Notes: a model not told the origin generated them from the letters alone. A stretch of 43,477 nucleotides of DNA from Methanomassiliicoccaceae archaeon UBA537 (GCA_002504495.1 DATC01000053.1:1-43477), one strand, 5' to 3'. Positions 1-9,946 are shown, counted from the first letter of the stretch. Numbers and translations are program-made.

Positions 1-1
1 C

Positions 2-169
2 AAGAAGTCCGACAGGGAGGCCGACCTGGAGAAGGATGCCGCCGCTGGACTGGCGCAGATCCATGAGAAGAGATACTACATGGGCATGACGGGAACCGTA
101 ATGCTGTACTCCATCTCCTTCTGGGGGAAGGTCCCGTTCGTGAAGCACGAGAGGGTATATCGCGGGTGA
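2..169 (+). CDS. 3' end (partial) of AAA-ATPase-like / PD-(D/E)XK nuclease protein (PDDEXK_9/DUF1703-type C-terminus)
   Basis: Frame 2 reads KKSDREADLEKDAAAGLAQIHEKRYYMGMTGTVMLYSISFWGKVPFVKHERVYRG-TGA. This matches the xLxQIxEKxY...YxIxFxGK tail typical of this family. Confidence 0.7.
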   Translation, partial: KKSDREADLEKDAAAGLAQIHEKRYYMGMTGTVMLYSISFWGKVPFVKHERVYRG

Positions 170-538
170 ACATGGGCGTGCGGTTGGGTGCTTTCAGGCC
201 TCCCCCGTGGTGTGATGCCTTGCCACTCATGCCTGGGGATCCTTCCGACTCGCCATCGATGCTGACGGGCTCGAATAACTCGGTTCAGAAAAGGGCAAGG
301 GTGCGGGAAGTGCGTGGAGAGCGGTCTTTCGGTGTCGAACGGCGAGACGAAGGCGGAGATCCGGGTCGTAGGCGCGAGGATCCTCAGGGAGCGCGGCAAG
401 GCGGCATCCATGGCGCGCGAAGCCGCGACGGGCACCTTGGATCGTCTCGGATGACGCGCCGTAGAAGAGTATTTCAGGTCGACGATCGCGACGGGTCGCA
501 TTCCGGAACGCCTTGTGATTCCCAGTCCTCCTACGAAG

Positions 539-997
539 ATGTCGTACCTGTACTCGGAATACGTTGTCGGCGCGATCCGCTACCGGGCGGCGACGATCCT
601 CTACTCGAACGATGACAGGAGATCTGCGATCGAGGACATGAGCCGCTTGTCCACCACCGTGATCAACGGGGCGAACGACGACCCCCGTCTTCTGGCGCGT
701 GCATCCATGGCGGCCCTTCTGCTGCATCTGAACGGAAAGAGGTACAAGGGGAAGAACCTGGTCACATACTCCGTCAAATGGATATGCAGCGCCGTGGAAT
801 CCGGATTCGCGACGGAGAGCGACCTCGACAAGTACCTGTCCTCCATGATCCCTCTGGTCAGAGGCGATGAGGACGAGGCGCCGATCGCCAAGATGCTCAA
901 AAGGAACGGATTCGGGGGACATAGCCTACCAGCTTCATTGAATGAGGATGCATACCTAGCGGATTTCTTCGATATGGACTTCCAGTACTGCATCTGA
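539..997 (+). CDS. hypothetical protein
   Basis: 152-aa ORF from ATG 539 with host-like codon usage; no motif recognised with confidence. Confidence 0.6.
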   Translation: MSYLYSEYVVGAIRYRAATILYSNDDRRSAIEDMSRLSTTVINGANDDPRLLARASMAALLLHLNGKRYKGKNLVTYSVKWICSAVESGFATESDLDKYLSSMIPLVRGDEDEAPIAKMLKRNGFGGHSLPASLNEDAYLADFFDMDFQYCI

Positions 998-1128
998 GGA
1001 TCCGCGATGGATTGCACGGGTCTTTCAAGCGGCGGTCATGCTGATATGGATGGTATATTCCTTTCGCGATGGACCCTCCATCCAAAACAAGCATTATTAA
1101 CCAAGTTTCGTACACTAGAGGGCTAGAT

Positions 1129-2466
1129 ATGGGGCACGTATCGTATTCATCCTGCCGGAAGGCGGTCCTGGCGTTGGAGAACGACAGGTTCTATTTCGCA
1201 GCGCTAGCGATACTGCTCGCCGCCGTCGTGCTCCTGACGGTCAGATTCGCCATGTGGGGCGATCTCAACAACTACTACGTCCATGCAGGCGATGTCCTGG
1301 ACGGCCTCATGCCCTACAGCGAGGCTCCTTTCGAGTATCCCCCTCTGGCGCTGGTATTCATGCTCGTGCCCAGGATGCTGTCGTGGGATCTCGATTCCTT
1401 CTACTACATCTGCACGGCGCAGGCTTTGGTTTTCATCATCATAGGGGCGTTCCTGCTCGAACGCATCGCGGTGCCTCTGACAGGGTGCAGATGGAGGGTG
1501 CGCCTGGTCATGCTGGTGCTCGTGGCCGTGGGAAGCTATTTCCTCATCGCAAGGAACGACATCTATCCCACTGTGATCGCAGTGGCGGCCGTCTGGATGT
1601 TCCAGAACCGGAGGGTCGAGCTTGCGGCTCTTCTCCTTGCCTTGGCCGCGATGATCAAGCTGTATCCCGCGATCTTCCTGTTGCCGATGGTGGCCGTCCT
1701 TATGATTCGGAGGGATGTCAGAGGAGTGGTCGCGATGGTTCTCATCGCAGCGACGACCTGTCTGCTGGTGGAGCTCCCGTTCCTCCTGGCGGATCCTTCC
1801 ACCGCGTTCTCGTATCTCACGTACCATTCCGACAGGGGTCTGCAGGTGGAGTCCGTGGCGGGAGGCTTCTTCCTGCTGTACGGGAAGATCTTCCCGAGCG
1901 ACATATATGTCGCATATGGATTCGGATCGGACAACGTGGTCGGTGTCGCCCCGGATGCATTGGCGTCGTTCATGAACCCGGTGATGTACTGCATCCTCCT
2001 GGCCTTCATCGTCGCCATCGGATTCCGCATCGCTCGCTCTCAGGTGGGGCGCGACGATGCATTGGTCCTTGTCGGCGCGATCTGTGCTGCCATGGTGATG
2101 CTGTTCATAACATTCAGCAAGGTGTATTCGGCCCAGTATGTGATATGGATCCTTCTGCTGATCCCGTTCACTCAGGCATCGTGCTTCGACGAAGGTCGCA
2201 GGAACAGGATCCTCATGACGATGCTGCCCTTCGGGCTGTTCACCTTCCTCAGCTACTCCTCGTACCACGTGTTCGGGGTATTGGATATGAATTGGATAAG
2301 CACGGCTATGATTTTCGTGAAGAACATCTTCCATATCGTTCTCACGATGGAGATCGCGGACCTGTGTTGGAACGGATGCAGGGCATCATCGGCCTCGGTT
2401 CCGGCAATTCGATTTCGAGGGATAAGATGGACGGTGACTATACAGGTCATTGGCGCGACCAGCTAA
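1129..2466 (+). CDS. GT-C fold membrane glycosyltransferase (GT87/DUF2029, PimE-like mannosyltransferase)
   Basis: Polytopic membrane protein with GDLNNYY, PY...FEYPPLA, RND, IKLYP, RGLQVES and KVYSAQY motifs. An in-frame CGA at 2410-2412 would end it just before the next gene. Confidence 0.85.
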   Translation: MGHVSYSSCRKAVLALENDRFYFAALAILLAAVVLLTVRFAMWGDLNNYYVHAGDVLDGLMPYSEAPFEYPPLALVFMLVPRMLSWDLDSFYYICTAQALVFIIIGAFLLERIAVPLTGCRWRVRLVMLVLVAVGSYFLIARNDIYPTVIAVAAVWMFQNRRVELAALLLALAAMIKLYPAIFLLPMVAVLMIRRDVRGVVAMVLIAATTCLLVELPFLLADPSTAFSYLTYHSDRGLQVESVAGGFFLLYGKIFPSDIYVAYGFGSDNVVGVAPDALASFMNPVMYCILLAFIVAIGFRIARSQVGRDDALVLVGAICAAMVMLFITFSKVYSAQYVIWILLLIPFTQASCFDEGRRNRILMTMLPFGLFTFLSYSSYHVFGVLDMNWISTAMIFVKNIFHIVLTMEIADLCWNGCRASSASVPAIRFRGIRWTVTIQVIGATS

Positions 2467-3752
2467 ACAGCAGGACGGTGCTTATAGCTCTCGCAGTCGG
2501 GTTGGTTGTGCGCTTCGTGCTTATTCCGTTCACTTCGTCGCCGTTCGATGTGTCCGCGGGGTGGGTGGCGGTCATAGAGGAGATCTATGCCGGAGACACG
2601 CTCTACGATGGAGAGCTCTACAAGTATCCGCCTGTGTGGGGGTACATACTCGCGACAGTGTCTGCTGTCGCGGACATGTTGGGCATGTCGTCCTTCGGAG
2701 ACCCGTTCACCAACATCTATCTGGATCGGGAGCTGACCTTCGGATACTGCTTCATTACCAATCCCGAATTCAACATCCTGGTGAAGGCTCCGGCTCTGAT
2801 CTTCGATGTTCTGGCAGCATTCGCCGCCTACGATCTAGTTCTGGATGTGTCGAAAGACCGCAGGAAGGCCGAGATCGGGTTCGTGATGTGGTTCCTGTGC
2901 CCTATCGTCATAATGTCCAGCGCGGTGCTGTGCATGTTCGACAGTATCATGATTTTCTTCATGATTGAGACCATTCTGCTCTTCAGGAGACGGGCATATG
3001 CGTTGGCAGGCATCACGCTCGCCTTGTCCATCCTGACGAAGGCCTTCTCGGCGCTTCTTTTACCATTGATGGTCGCGTACATATTGTCGGATCGCGATTC
3101 GGCTCCCGCGACGAGAATCAAGAATCTGTCGTTGGCCTTGGCCGGATTCCTGGCGGTCACATTGGTGATGTATCTCCCTCTTCTGCTCAACGGAGAGTTT
3201 GCCGACAGCCTGTGGTTCCTGTCCAGTCGTAGCGGCTCGTACTCCGATAGCGGATTCAATCCTGCCGTCCTTTCCTTCAATAATATCTTCTTCTATCTGC
3301 CGTTGATAATCGCGGTTCTTTTGGGATCATGCGTATACATGGCCCTTTGCAAGCATCGTCGCGACGAGAGGTTTCTGACCCTTTCCATCGTCTCGCTGTG
3401 CATCATGTTCAGTTTCCCATTCGTTTCGTACACGCCGACGTATGGTATCGTCATGCTTCCGGCATTCCTGATATATTACGCGATGAAGGGTAACGCCGCT
3501 TGGATTCCATGGCTTTTGCTGCTCTTTTTCGTGTTCCACGGGGCGGCGCACTACTGGTCGACGGCTTTCTATCCGCTTGCTGCCTGGTCCGATTCCATCG
3601 ACATATCCTCATGGCCGGAGCATATCGGCAATACGACCGTCTACAATTTCATACTCTACTGCATGTCGTCCGCAGGATTCATCATGCTTCTGCTTGTCGC
3701 ATGTGATTACATCTTGCCCCGGATTCCTCAGAGGAGGTCGATGCATGGATAA
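2427..3752 (+). CDS. GT-C fold membrane glycosyltransferase (PIG-M/GT87-like)
   Basis: C-terminal part of the 1254..3752 ORF; ATG 2427 follows GAGGG. Motifs PFD, YKYPPVWGY, K-x-P-x-x-x-x-D, WFLCP and MFD; about 11 TM segments. Confidence 0.8.
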   Translation: MDGDYTGHWRDQLNSRTVLIALAVGLVVRFVLIPFTSSPFDVSAGWVAVIEEIYAGDTLYDGELYKYPPVWGYILATVSAVADMLGMSSFGDPFTNIYLDRELTFGYCFITNPEFNILVKAPALIFDVLAAFAAYDLVLDVSKDRRKAEIGFVMWFLCPIVIMSSAVLCMFDSIMIFFMIETILLFRRRAYALAGITLALSILTKAFSALLLPLMVAYILSDRDSAPATRIKNLSLALAGFLAVTLVMYLPLLLNGEFADSLWFLSSRSGSYSDSGFNPAVLSFNNIFFYLPLIIAVLLGSCVYMALCKHRRDERFLTLSIVSLCIMFSFPFVSYTPTYGIVMLPAFLIYYAMKGNAAWIPWLLLLFFVFHGAAHYWSTAFYPLAAWSDSIDISSWPEHIGNTTVYNFILYCMSSAGFIMLLLVACDYILPRIPQRRSMHG

Positions 3753-4761
3753 TCGGAATCGCAGAATCGTAGCAGTGATAGCACTGTTCTTTGTCGTGTG
3801 TATCGCAGGTCAGGCGATAGTCTACGGAGGGGATGCATATCGTTTCGATGCAGTTGCCGAATTCGGCGAGAACAATGTCATGGTGGATATCGATACGAAT
3901 TACGCTCTCGAATATTCGATTCTGTCGCTGAGATCCGATAGCACCTTTGGCGTCTCCTCCTATGCGATATGGTGCGATGAGGCGTATCCGGTGATAGGCG
4001 ATCTGGATGCCATTAGGGATTGCATCCATCGTCTTCAGCTGTATTTCACTAACAGCAACTCGTCTTTGGACATCATCACGACGGATGAGCTGACCCGTAT
4101 AGTCGCCAGCGGAGACACTTCCACAGCAGTCCTGTTCATAACGGGCACTTTGCCTTCATCGATTTATACAGGAAATCAGAGCGACCCCATATTCGATTGG
4201 CTTGCCGTCGGCGGAGTCATGTATTGGCTGAGCGAGAAGATCGGGCACAGCTATGCTGAGAAGGGCCTTCCTCACACGACGCAGGTGTACGGATCCGATA
4301 TCCTGTTTTTCGGAGCGACCGATGTGGTTCGCGCAGAGTCGAACGAGGTCTATACCCGCAATATAGAATCTGGAAGCGTGACATCGAAGTTGGGGATCTA
4401 CTATGGGGAGATCACGAACGGTATCGATTGCTCCAGATTGACGACACCGTATCTGGCATTGGATTGCAACGATGGAACCTACTCTGCTGCTACATTTATT
4501 CAATATCATGGAGGTACGGGTGCCGTATGCGTGTTCGGCGGACACATCAAGCATGAGGATGTTCCGACTTCCGTCATGGCATCGGTGACTCAGGCCGTAG
4601 TATCGGGAGTGTCATACGATACTATGATCTTGGATAATCGTACGGGATCTGGGGATGCTTCTTTCAATCTTCATTCTGACGACAGTTCGTACGTCTACGT
4701 CTATGTAGGCGAGATGAATACCATCTGGGCGAAATGTTTGAAGCGCGCATCGGCGATGTGA
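3745..4761 (+). CDS. N-terminally anchored extracellular protein, paralog of 14010..15056
   Basis: ATG 3745 after GAGGAGGT; one N-terminal TM. Shares GxxPSxxYTG..DP...W...GG..(Y/F)W and GxGxVCVxxG with 14010..15056. Confidence 0.75.
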   Translation: MDNRNRRIVAVIALFFVVCIAGQAIVYGGDAYRFDAVAEFGENNVMVDIDTNYALEYSILSLRSDSTFGVSSYAIWCDEAYPVIGDLDAIRDCIHRLQLYFTNSNSSLDIITTDELTRIVASGDTSTAVLFITGTLPSSIYTGNQSDPIFDWLAVGGVMYWLSEKIGHSYAEKGLPHTTQVYGSDILFFGATDVVRAESNEVYTRNIESGSVTSKLGIYYGEITNGIDCSRLTTPYLALDCNDGTYSAATFIQYHGGTGAVCVFGGHIKHEDVPTSVMASVTQAVVSGVSYDTMILDNRTGSGDASFNLHSDDSSYVYVYVGEMNTIWAKCLKRASAM

Positions 4762-4850
4762 TATTCGTTCGATTGGCGTTGTGCTCGAATTCGTTTCCTA
4801 TGAATCGTTATATACGGGAACGGTAATGCTCGGTGATAGGAATTCGAAGT

Positions 4851-4873
4851 ATAACTACGAATTTCGTAGTTAT
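4851..4873. promoter_or_regulatory. perfect 23-bp palindrome (putative operator) upstream of malic enzyme
   Basis: ATAACTACGAA-T-TTCGTAGTTAT, overlapping an AGTATAA TATA-like element, ending 20 nt before ATG 4893. Confidence 0.6.
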
Positions 4874-4892
4874 CCGAATGCAGAGGCATATC

Positions 4893-6248
4893 ATGGCAGA
4901 CAATGAGATGACAGTCGAGCAGCGCCTCGAGCTGGCCAAGAAGCCCGGCAAGGACGCTATGGTCCTTCACAAGTTCTACAAGGGAAAGATCGAGACCGTT
5001 CCGAAGGCCTGTGTCAGGTCCTTCGACGATTTCGCCATATGGTACTCTCCCGGAGTCGCTGAACCGTGCAAGGACATCGCCCAGAATCCCGACATGGTAT
5101 ACGAGCACACTTGGAAGTGGAACACCGTCGCCGTGGTCTCCGACGGAACTCGCGTCCTGGGGCTCGGGAACATCGGTCCCGAGGCCGCCATGCCCGTCAT
5201 GGAGGGCAAGGCCATGCTGTTCAAGTACCTGGGCGGAGTGGACTGCGTCCCCATCTGTCTGGATACGAAGGATCCCGACAAGATCATCGAGACCGTCAGG
5301 CTCCTCGCTCCCTCCTTCGGAGGAATCAACCTCGAGGACATCCAGAATCCCAAGTGCTTCGACATCCTCGATGAGCTCAGGAAGGACTGCAAGATCCCCG
5401 TGTGGCACGACGATCAGCAGGGAACCGCGACTGTCGAGGTCGCCGGAGCCATCAACGCCATGAAGCTCGTCGGCAAGAAGCTCGAGGACGCCAATATAAC
5501 CGTGGTCGGAGCGGGCGCGGCATCCATAGCCATCGCCAGGCTCATGCTCGCCACCGGATTCAAGCCGGAGCACCTGTGCATGGTCGACTCCAAGGGCATC
5601 CTCAACAACGAGAGGGACGACGTCAGGGGCTCCTTCCGCCAGAAGTGGGAGATCTGCGAGAAGACCAACGGAGCAGGGAAGCGCGGAGGCCTCAAGGAGG
5701 CCATGGAGGGCGCCGACATCGTCATCGCCGCATCCAAGCCCGGTCCCGGCACGATTCCCAAGGAGTATGTCAAGCTCATGGCGGACGACCCCATCATCTT
5801 CGCGACGGCCAACCCCGTTCCTGAGATCTGGCCCTGGGAGGCCAAGGAGATGGGATGCAAGGTCTTCGCCACCGGCAGGTCCGACTTCCCCAACCAGGTC
5901 AACAACAGCATGGGATTCCCCGCCATCTTCAGGGGAGTCCTGGATGTCCGCGCCAAGACGATCACCGACGAGATGTGCATCGCAGCCGCCACGGAGCTGG
6001 CCAAGTGCGCCGAGGAGAAGGGCCTCACCGAGGACTACATCATCCCGACAATGGCCGAGTCCGAGGTCTTCCCCAGGGAGGCCGCCGCGGTCGCCCTCAA
6101 GGCCCAGGAGCAGGGCGTCGCCAGGCTCAAGCTGAGCCGCCAGGAGCTCATCGAGCGTGCCGAGGCCATGATCAACAGGTCCAGGTCGCTCACCGCCCGC
6201 ATGATGCAGGAGGGCTACATCCCCGACTGCAGCCGCGTGCTGGAATGA
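4893..6248 (+). CDS. NAD(P)-dependent malic enzyme (malate oxidoreductase)
   Basis: YSPGVAEPC, SDGTRVLGLGNIG, PVMEGK, NLEDI, HDDQQGT, GAGAA, ANPVPEI and TGRSDFPNQVNN motifs. Confidence 0.95.
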   Translation: MADNEMTVEQRLELAKKPGKDAMVLHKFYKGKIETVPKACVRSFDDFAIWYSPGVAEPCKDIAQNPDMVYEHTWKWNTVAVVSDGTRVLGLGNIGPEAAMPVMEGKAMLFKYLGGVDCVPICLDTKDPDKIIETVRLLAPSFGGINLEDIQNPKCFDILDELRKDCKIPVWHDDQQGTATVEVAGAINAMKLVGKKLEDANITVVGAGAASIAIARLMLATGFKPEHLCMVDSKGILNNERDDVRGSFRQKWEICEKTNGAGKRGGLKEAMEGADIVIAASKPGPGTIPKEYVKLMADDPIIFATANPVPEIWPWEAKEMGCKVFATGRSDFPNQVNNSMGFPAIFRGVLDVRAKTITDEMCIAAATELAKCAEEKGLTEDYIIPTMAESEVFPREAAAVALKAQEQGVARLKLSRQELIERAEAMINRSRSLTARMMQEGYIPDCSRVLE

Positions 6249-6255
6249 GCCGAAC

Positions 6256-6280
6256 GGAGGGGTCCTCCCCTCCTATTTCC
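6256..6280 (+). terminator. hairpin plus pyrimidine tract after malic enzyme
   Basis: GGAGGGG-TCCT-CCCCTCC followed by TATTTCC. Confidence 0.5.
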
Positions 6281-6370
6281 CGTTCACTTCTCCTGCTTCC
6301 GTCCGGGTCCGCATCCGGACGGAAGCCTATGTCTATATGATAGTACCTCGTTGCCCCCTCAATTCGAGGG

Positions 6371-7312
6371 GTGCAAGGGATGTTCGTAGGGGATTCAACG
6401 GATTCCGCCGGATTCGATGAGGCGGAGAAGGCCGTCATGCGCTTTCCGGACAAGGCGGAGAACACCGCCCGCATGCTCAGGCTCATGATTCCCCGTGCTC
6501 CTCCGTCCCCCGTCTGCATATTCGCCGAAGGGAACTGCATCACGGCCGCCCGTGCGATATCCAATCTCGCGGACGAGATCGGTTCCCGTCCCGTAGTCAC
6601 GGTGACCGACGGAAGGATCCCCGGATGGGTCGGAGCAGGAACATGCGCCGTCTGCATGTCGGATTCCCCCGATGGTATCGATCGGAGCATGATCGAGGAG
6701 CTGAAGGCCCGCGGCTGCGATACGAGCATACTGAGGGCCGGCAAGGAGAAGGGCGGCTGGAACACGGTCCTGATGCCTCCCATGTGCGCTATGGATGTCG
6801 TCGCGTTCTCGTTGGGATACCTCTGCACGCTCCTCACGAACAGGGGGATCGCCGATGCCATGTCCGCCCTTTCGGAAGCGGCGTCCTTCGCACGTGCGTC
6901 GTTCGAACGCATACGCGTCGCCGCATCCGAAGCGGCCGGCTCCCTGAGGTCCTGTGTGGTCGCATCGTACAGCGCCTCGGCCATCAGCGCATGCTCCGCC
7001 CACATGTCCAGGAGCATCGTCCGCCGCACCGGCGGTCTGGCGTTCTGCGGAGAGCTTCCGGAGTACGACCACAACGAGCTCGTGGGATGGTCCGACCCCA
7101 ATTCCCACGCTCCCGATCTCAGGATGGTCGTGATAGAGGGCGGCCCCGATCGCGGCCTCGTCCCGGTCATCATATCGTGCATGGAGGAGGTCCTCCGCGA
7201 GAACGGCAGGGACGTGACAACCGTCTCGGCCGGGAGGGGCCCTTCCCTGACGGGCAACATGGCCGGCATAATGCTGGCCGAACTCATAGCCGCAGGCATG
7301 GAGGATCCATGA
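6371..7312 (+). CDS. degenerate SIS-domain PGI/PMI-like protein (retains PExxHNE motif)
   Basis: ELPEYDHNELVGW matches the C-terminal domain of bifunctional PGI/PMI; the GGS, SYSG and ENAK motifs are lost. Start is GTG 6371 or ATG 6380. Confidence 0.75.
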   Translation: MQGMFVGDSTDSAGFDEAEKAVMRFPDKAENTARMLRLMIPRAPPSPVCIFAEGNCITAARAISNLADEIGSRPVVTVTDGRIPGWVGAGTCAVCMSDSPDGIDRSMIEELKARGCDTSILRAGKEKGGWNTVLMPPMCAMDVVAFSLGYLCTLLTNRGIADAMSALSEAASFARASFERIRVAASEAAGSLRSCVVASYSASAISACSAHMSRSIVRRTGGLAFCGELPEYDHNELVGWSDPNSHAPDLRMVVIEGGPDRGLVPVIISCMEEVLRENGRDVTTVSAGRGPSLTGNMAGIMLAELIAAGMEDP

Positions 7313-8424
7313 CCGATATACCGCTCAACGAGCAGCTCCACGGCTTCATAGACGACCTGGAGCGCACCCTCGACCATCACGGGGAGCCGATCGACTGCGA
7401 TGCTGTGGTCCTCTGCGGCGTCGGCGGATCCGCGGTCAGCGGGGACGTCGCGGCCGATTGCTATCGCATGATCTCTCCCGTGCCCCTCTACACCGTCAAG
7501 AATCCCGACATCCCCAACTGGGCCGGATCGCGCACACTCGCCATAGTGTCCAGCTATTCCGGCAACACCGCGGAGACGCTCGAGATGTACAGGCAGGCCA
7601 AGGAGAAGGGCTGCACCGTCGTAGCTCTGACATCCGGAGGCAGGCTGAAGGATCTCGCCACCCTCAACGGGGACAGGGTCATGCTCCTGCCGCCCTCCAT
7701 GCAGCCGAGGCATGCGATCGGATACATGATCGGCTACACCCTGGCGATCATCCGCGATGCGGGAGCTTCCGATATATCGGAGGAGATACGCGCGTTCCTG
7801 CCGGACCTCCGCGAGTGGAGGGACAGGGAGGCCATTCCAGATGGATGCCTCGCCAGAAGGATCGCGGACTCGTTCAAGGGCAAGGTCCCCGTCGTGTGCT
7901 CCGGACCCAGCATGAGGTCCGTCGCGTTCAGATGGAAGACGCAGATAAACGAGAACTCCAAGCGCGTCGCATTCTTCGATGCCGTACCGGAGTTCGACTC
8001 CTGCGACCTGGCCGCATGGGCCTCCTCGCATCGCGACAACTACGTCCTCATCCTGCTGATGGGATGCGACGAAGGCAGGGATCTGATGGAGATGTTCGAC
8101 AAGGAGCTGGAATCGGCCGGATCGTCCCATCTGGCGGTGAGGCTCGGAGGTTCGTCGCCTCTCGAGGACCTCTTCCGTGCGATAATCCTGGGGGACTACG
8201 TCTCGATGTACATGGCCCTCTCCAGAGGAATAGATCCGGCGGAGGTCAGGCCGGTCATGCAGATGAAGGCCAAGCTCTCGCAGCGCTGGCCGATCGACGG
8301 TCCGACATCCCGGCGAGGGTCTCCTCGAACTCCTTCGCGAATCTCTTCGAGCGCTCCTCCGCCTTCTCAGGATCCGAGGATTCGGAGTATATCCTGTATT
8401 TCGGCTCCGTTCCGGAGGGCCTGA
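7309..8424 (+). CDS. bifunctional phosphoglucose/phosphomannose isomerase family protein (lacks catalytic His motif)
   Basis: ATG 7309 overlaps the upstream TGA (ATGA). Motifs GVGGSAVSG, SSYSGNTAET, TSGG, RWKTQINENSK and DPAEVRPV...K. Homology ends near 8290; first in-frame CGA is at 8314. Confidence 0.85.
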   Translation: MTDIPLNEQLHGFIDDLERTLDHHGEPIDCDAVVLCGVGGSAVSGDVAADCYRMISPVPLYTVKNPDIPNWAGSRTLAIVSSYSGNTAETLEMYRQAKEKGCTVVALTSGGRLKDLATLNGDRVMLLPPSMQPRHAIGYMIGYTLAIIRDAGASDISEEIRAFLPDLREWRDREAIPDGCLARRIADSFKGKVPVVCSGPSMRSVAFRWKTQINENSKRVAFFDAVPEFDSCDLAAWASSHRDNYVLILLMGCDEGRDLMEMFDKELESAGSSHLAVRLGGSSPLEDLFRAIILGDYVSMYMALSRGIDPAEVRPVMQMKAKLSQRWPIDGPTSRRGSPRTPSRISSSAPPPSQDPRIRSISCISAPFRRA

Positions 8425-9655
8425 GCAGCACCCATCCGTCGTCGTATATCATCTTCAGCCCGTCCGTCCTGTCGATGCGTGCACCGTCGCCCCTGGCGGC
8501 CATGGCATCGGTCATCGCATCCTTGAAGCGGTCGGGGCAGGCGATCCCGATCTTGACCGTGGTGAACGACGGCAGCGAATCGACGAGCTCGTCCAGCGGT
8601 CCGGAGGCCGCGACGCACTCGAGCATCCTGGCGATGCCCATGGCTCCGTCCCTGCAGAACTGATGGTCGGCGAATATCAGCCCGCCGTTCTCCTCTCCTC
8701 CGAAGACCGCTCCGTCGGCGGCCATCTCGCGCGCCACTATCGGCGATCCGACGGCGGTGTAGACGGTCTCTCCGCCGGATTCCGCGACGGCATCCTCCAC
8801 CACGCGGGACGTGGCGACGGTGACGACGACCTTTCCCCCCTTTCCTGCGAGCAGGTATCTCCCGAGGATCGCCAGCGCCTTGTCTCCGGGCACGTACCTT
8901 CCGGAGGACGTGACGAAGACGACCCTGTCGGCGTCCCCGTCGTGGGCTATGCCCATGTCGAAGTCTCCGTTCCGGACGGCCGCGATCAGTTCCTGGAGGT
9001 GATCCTCAGTGGGCTCGCTCAGATGGCCGGGGTCGCGCATATCGGGGGCGCCGTTCAGGACGACGGCCTCCACGCCCAGCCTTTCCAGGAGCATAGGGGA
9101 TGTGATGCACGAGCATCCGTTCGCGCAGTCCAGGACGACCCTGAATCCTCTCTTCCCGATCGAATCCGCATCGATCTTGGACACGACCGAATTCACGTAC
9201 TCCTCGGCGGCTCCTCCCACACGGATGCGGGTCCCGATATCGTGCCAGCCCACAGCATCCGGTTCTGCATGGTACGCCGCTTCGATCTCGTCCTCCTGCG
9301 CCTTGGTGCACTCGGTTCCGTCTCCGGCTATGCATTTGATTCCGTTGAATTCGGGCGGATTGTGCGAAGCGGTGATCATCACCCCTCCGTCCACGTCCTT
9401 CCTGACCTTGATCCAATGCTGGAGTGCGGGAGTCGGGATCATGCCGAGATCCAGGACGTCGCAGCCGACGGACATCAGGCCTGCGGACAGGGCGTCGATG
9501 AGCATCTCCGACGACGTACGAGGGTCGCGTGCGACGGCGATCCTCTTTCCAAGGACGGTTCCGGCGGCTCTTCCCATGACCAGGGCGAGCTCGCAGCTCA
9601 TGTCTTCGTCGGCGATTCCGCGGACCCCGTTGGTCCCGAACATCCTGCTTCCCAT
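8255..9655 (-). CDS. glmM: phosphoglucosamine mutase / phosphohexomutase
   Basis: FGTNGVRG, TASHNP, DGDADR, GEENGG and RPSGTEP motifs. In-frame CGA at 8296-8294 near the expected end. Confidence 0.9.
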   Translation of the reverse strand: MGSRMFGTNGVRGIADEDMSCELALVMGRAAGTVLGKRIAVARDPRTSSEMLIDALSAGLMSVGCDVLDLGMIPTPALQHWIKVRKDVDGGVMITASHNPPEFNGIKCIAGDGTECTKAQEDEIEAAYHAEPDAVGWHDIGTRIRVGGAAEEYVNSVVSKIDADSIGKRGFRVVLDCANGCSCITSPMLLERLGVEAVVLNGAPDMRDPGHLSEPTEDHLQELIAAVRNGDFDMGIAHDGDADRVVFVTSSGRYVPGDKALAILGRYLLAGKGGKVVVTVATSRVVEDAVAESGGETVYTAVGSPIVAREMAADGAVFGGEENGGLIFADHQFCRDGAMGIARMLECVAASGPLDELVDSLPSFTTVKIGIACPDRFKDAMTDAMAARGDGARIDRTDGLKMIYDDGWVLLRPSGTEPKYRIYSESSDPEKAEERSKRFAKEFEETLAGMSDRRSASAARAWPSSA

Positions 9656-9778
9656 GAGGCTCCCTATCGTCCGTACACTATCTTAACCTTGATTCGCGAC
9701 GGAGTCCCGCTCCGTTTTCCTCGGTTTTCCTCTTCCGGTTCATCTGAGGTTAAATACAAGGATGGTAATCGCGTGCGC

Positions 9779-9946
9779 ATGGCAGCCGACAAGATATGCT
9801 CTTCCTGCGGGAAGAGGCTGATTGGCCGCGGAAACACCACCTTCAAGTGCCCCAAGTGCGGGGAGTACGAGATCGGAAGGTGCGCGCAGTGCCGCGACCA
9901 GAGCGTTCCCTACGAGTGCAAGAAGTGCGGATTCATCGGACCGTGA
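9779..9946 (+). CDS. small zinc-finger protein (HVO_2753/DUF1610 family)
   Basis: MAADKICSSCG...FKCPKCG..EIGRCAQCR...YECKKCGFIGP with four CxxC motifs; lies directly before EF-1beta, its usual archaeal position. Confidence 0.9.
   Translation: MAADKICSSCGKRLIGRGNTTFKCPKCGEYEIGRCAQCRDQSVPYECKKCGFIGP

Noticed and set aside
170..515. ORFs 76..501, 166..615 and a start-less frame-2 stretch ending at 454
   Set aside because: No recognisable motif or convincing start; possibly a gene remnant, but unsupported.
539..997. Fic/Doc family assignment
   Set aside because: There is only a vague AR...LL.LNG resemblance; the HPFxxGNxR motif is absent.
1254..2426. 832-aa ORF as a single protein
   Set aside because: The first 390 aa are an off-frame shadow of the GT87 gene; the real start is ATG 2427. 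The same applies to the long 5' extensions of ORFs 6625, 8663, 11128, 35418, 19505, 20047 and 30148.
4851..4873. loxP- or dif-like recombination site
   Set aside because: The arms vaguely recall loxP, but the spacer is 1 nt rather than 6-8 nt and no recombinase is nearby.
6190..8130. Long antisense ORFs (646 aa here; also 42436..43389, 31937..33142, 37761..38942)
   Set aside because: These are expected shadows of high-GC3 coding sequence on the opposite strand.
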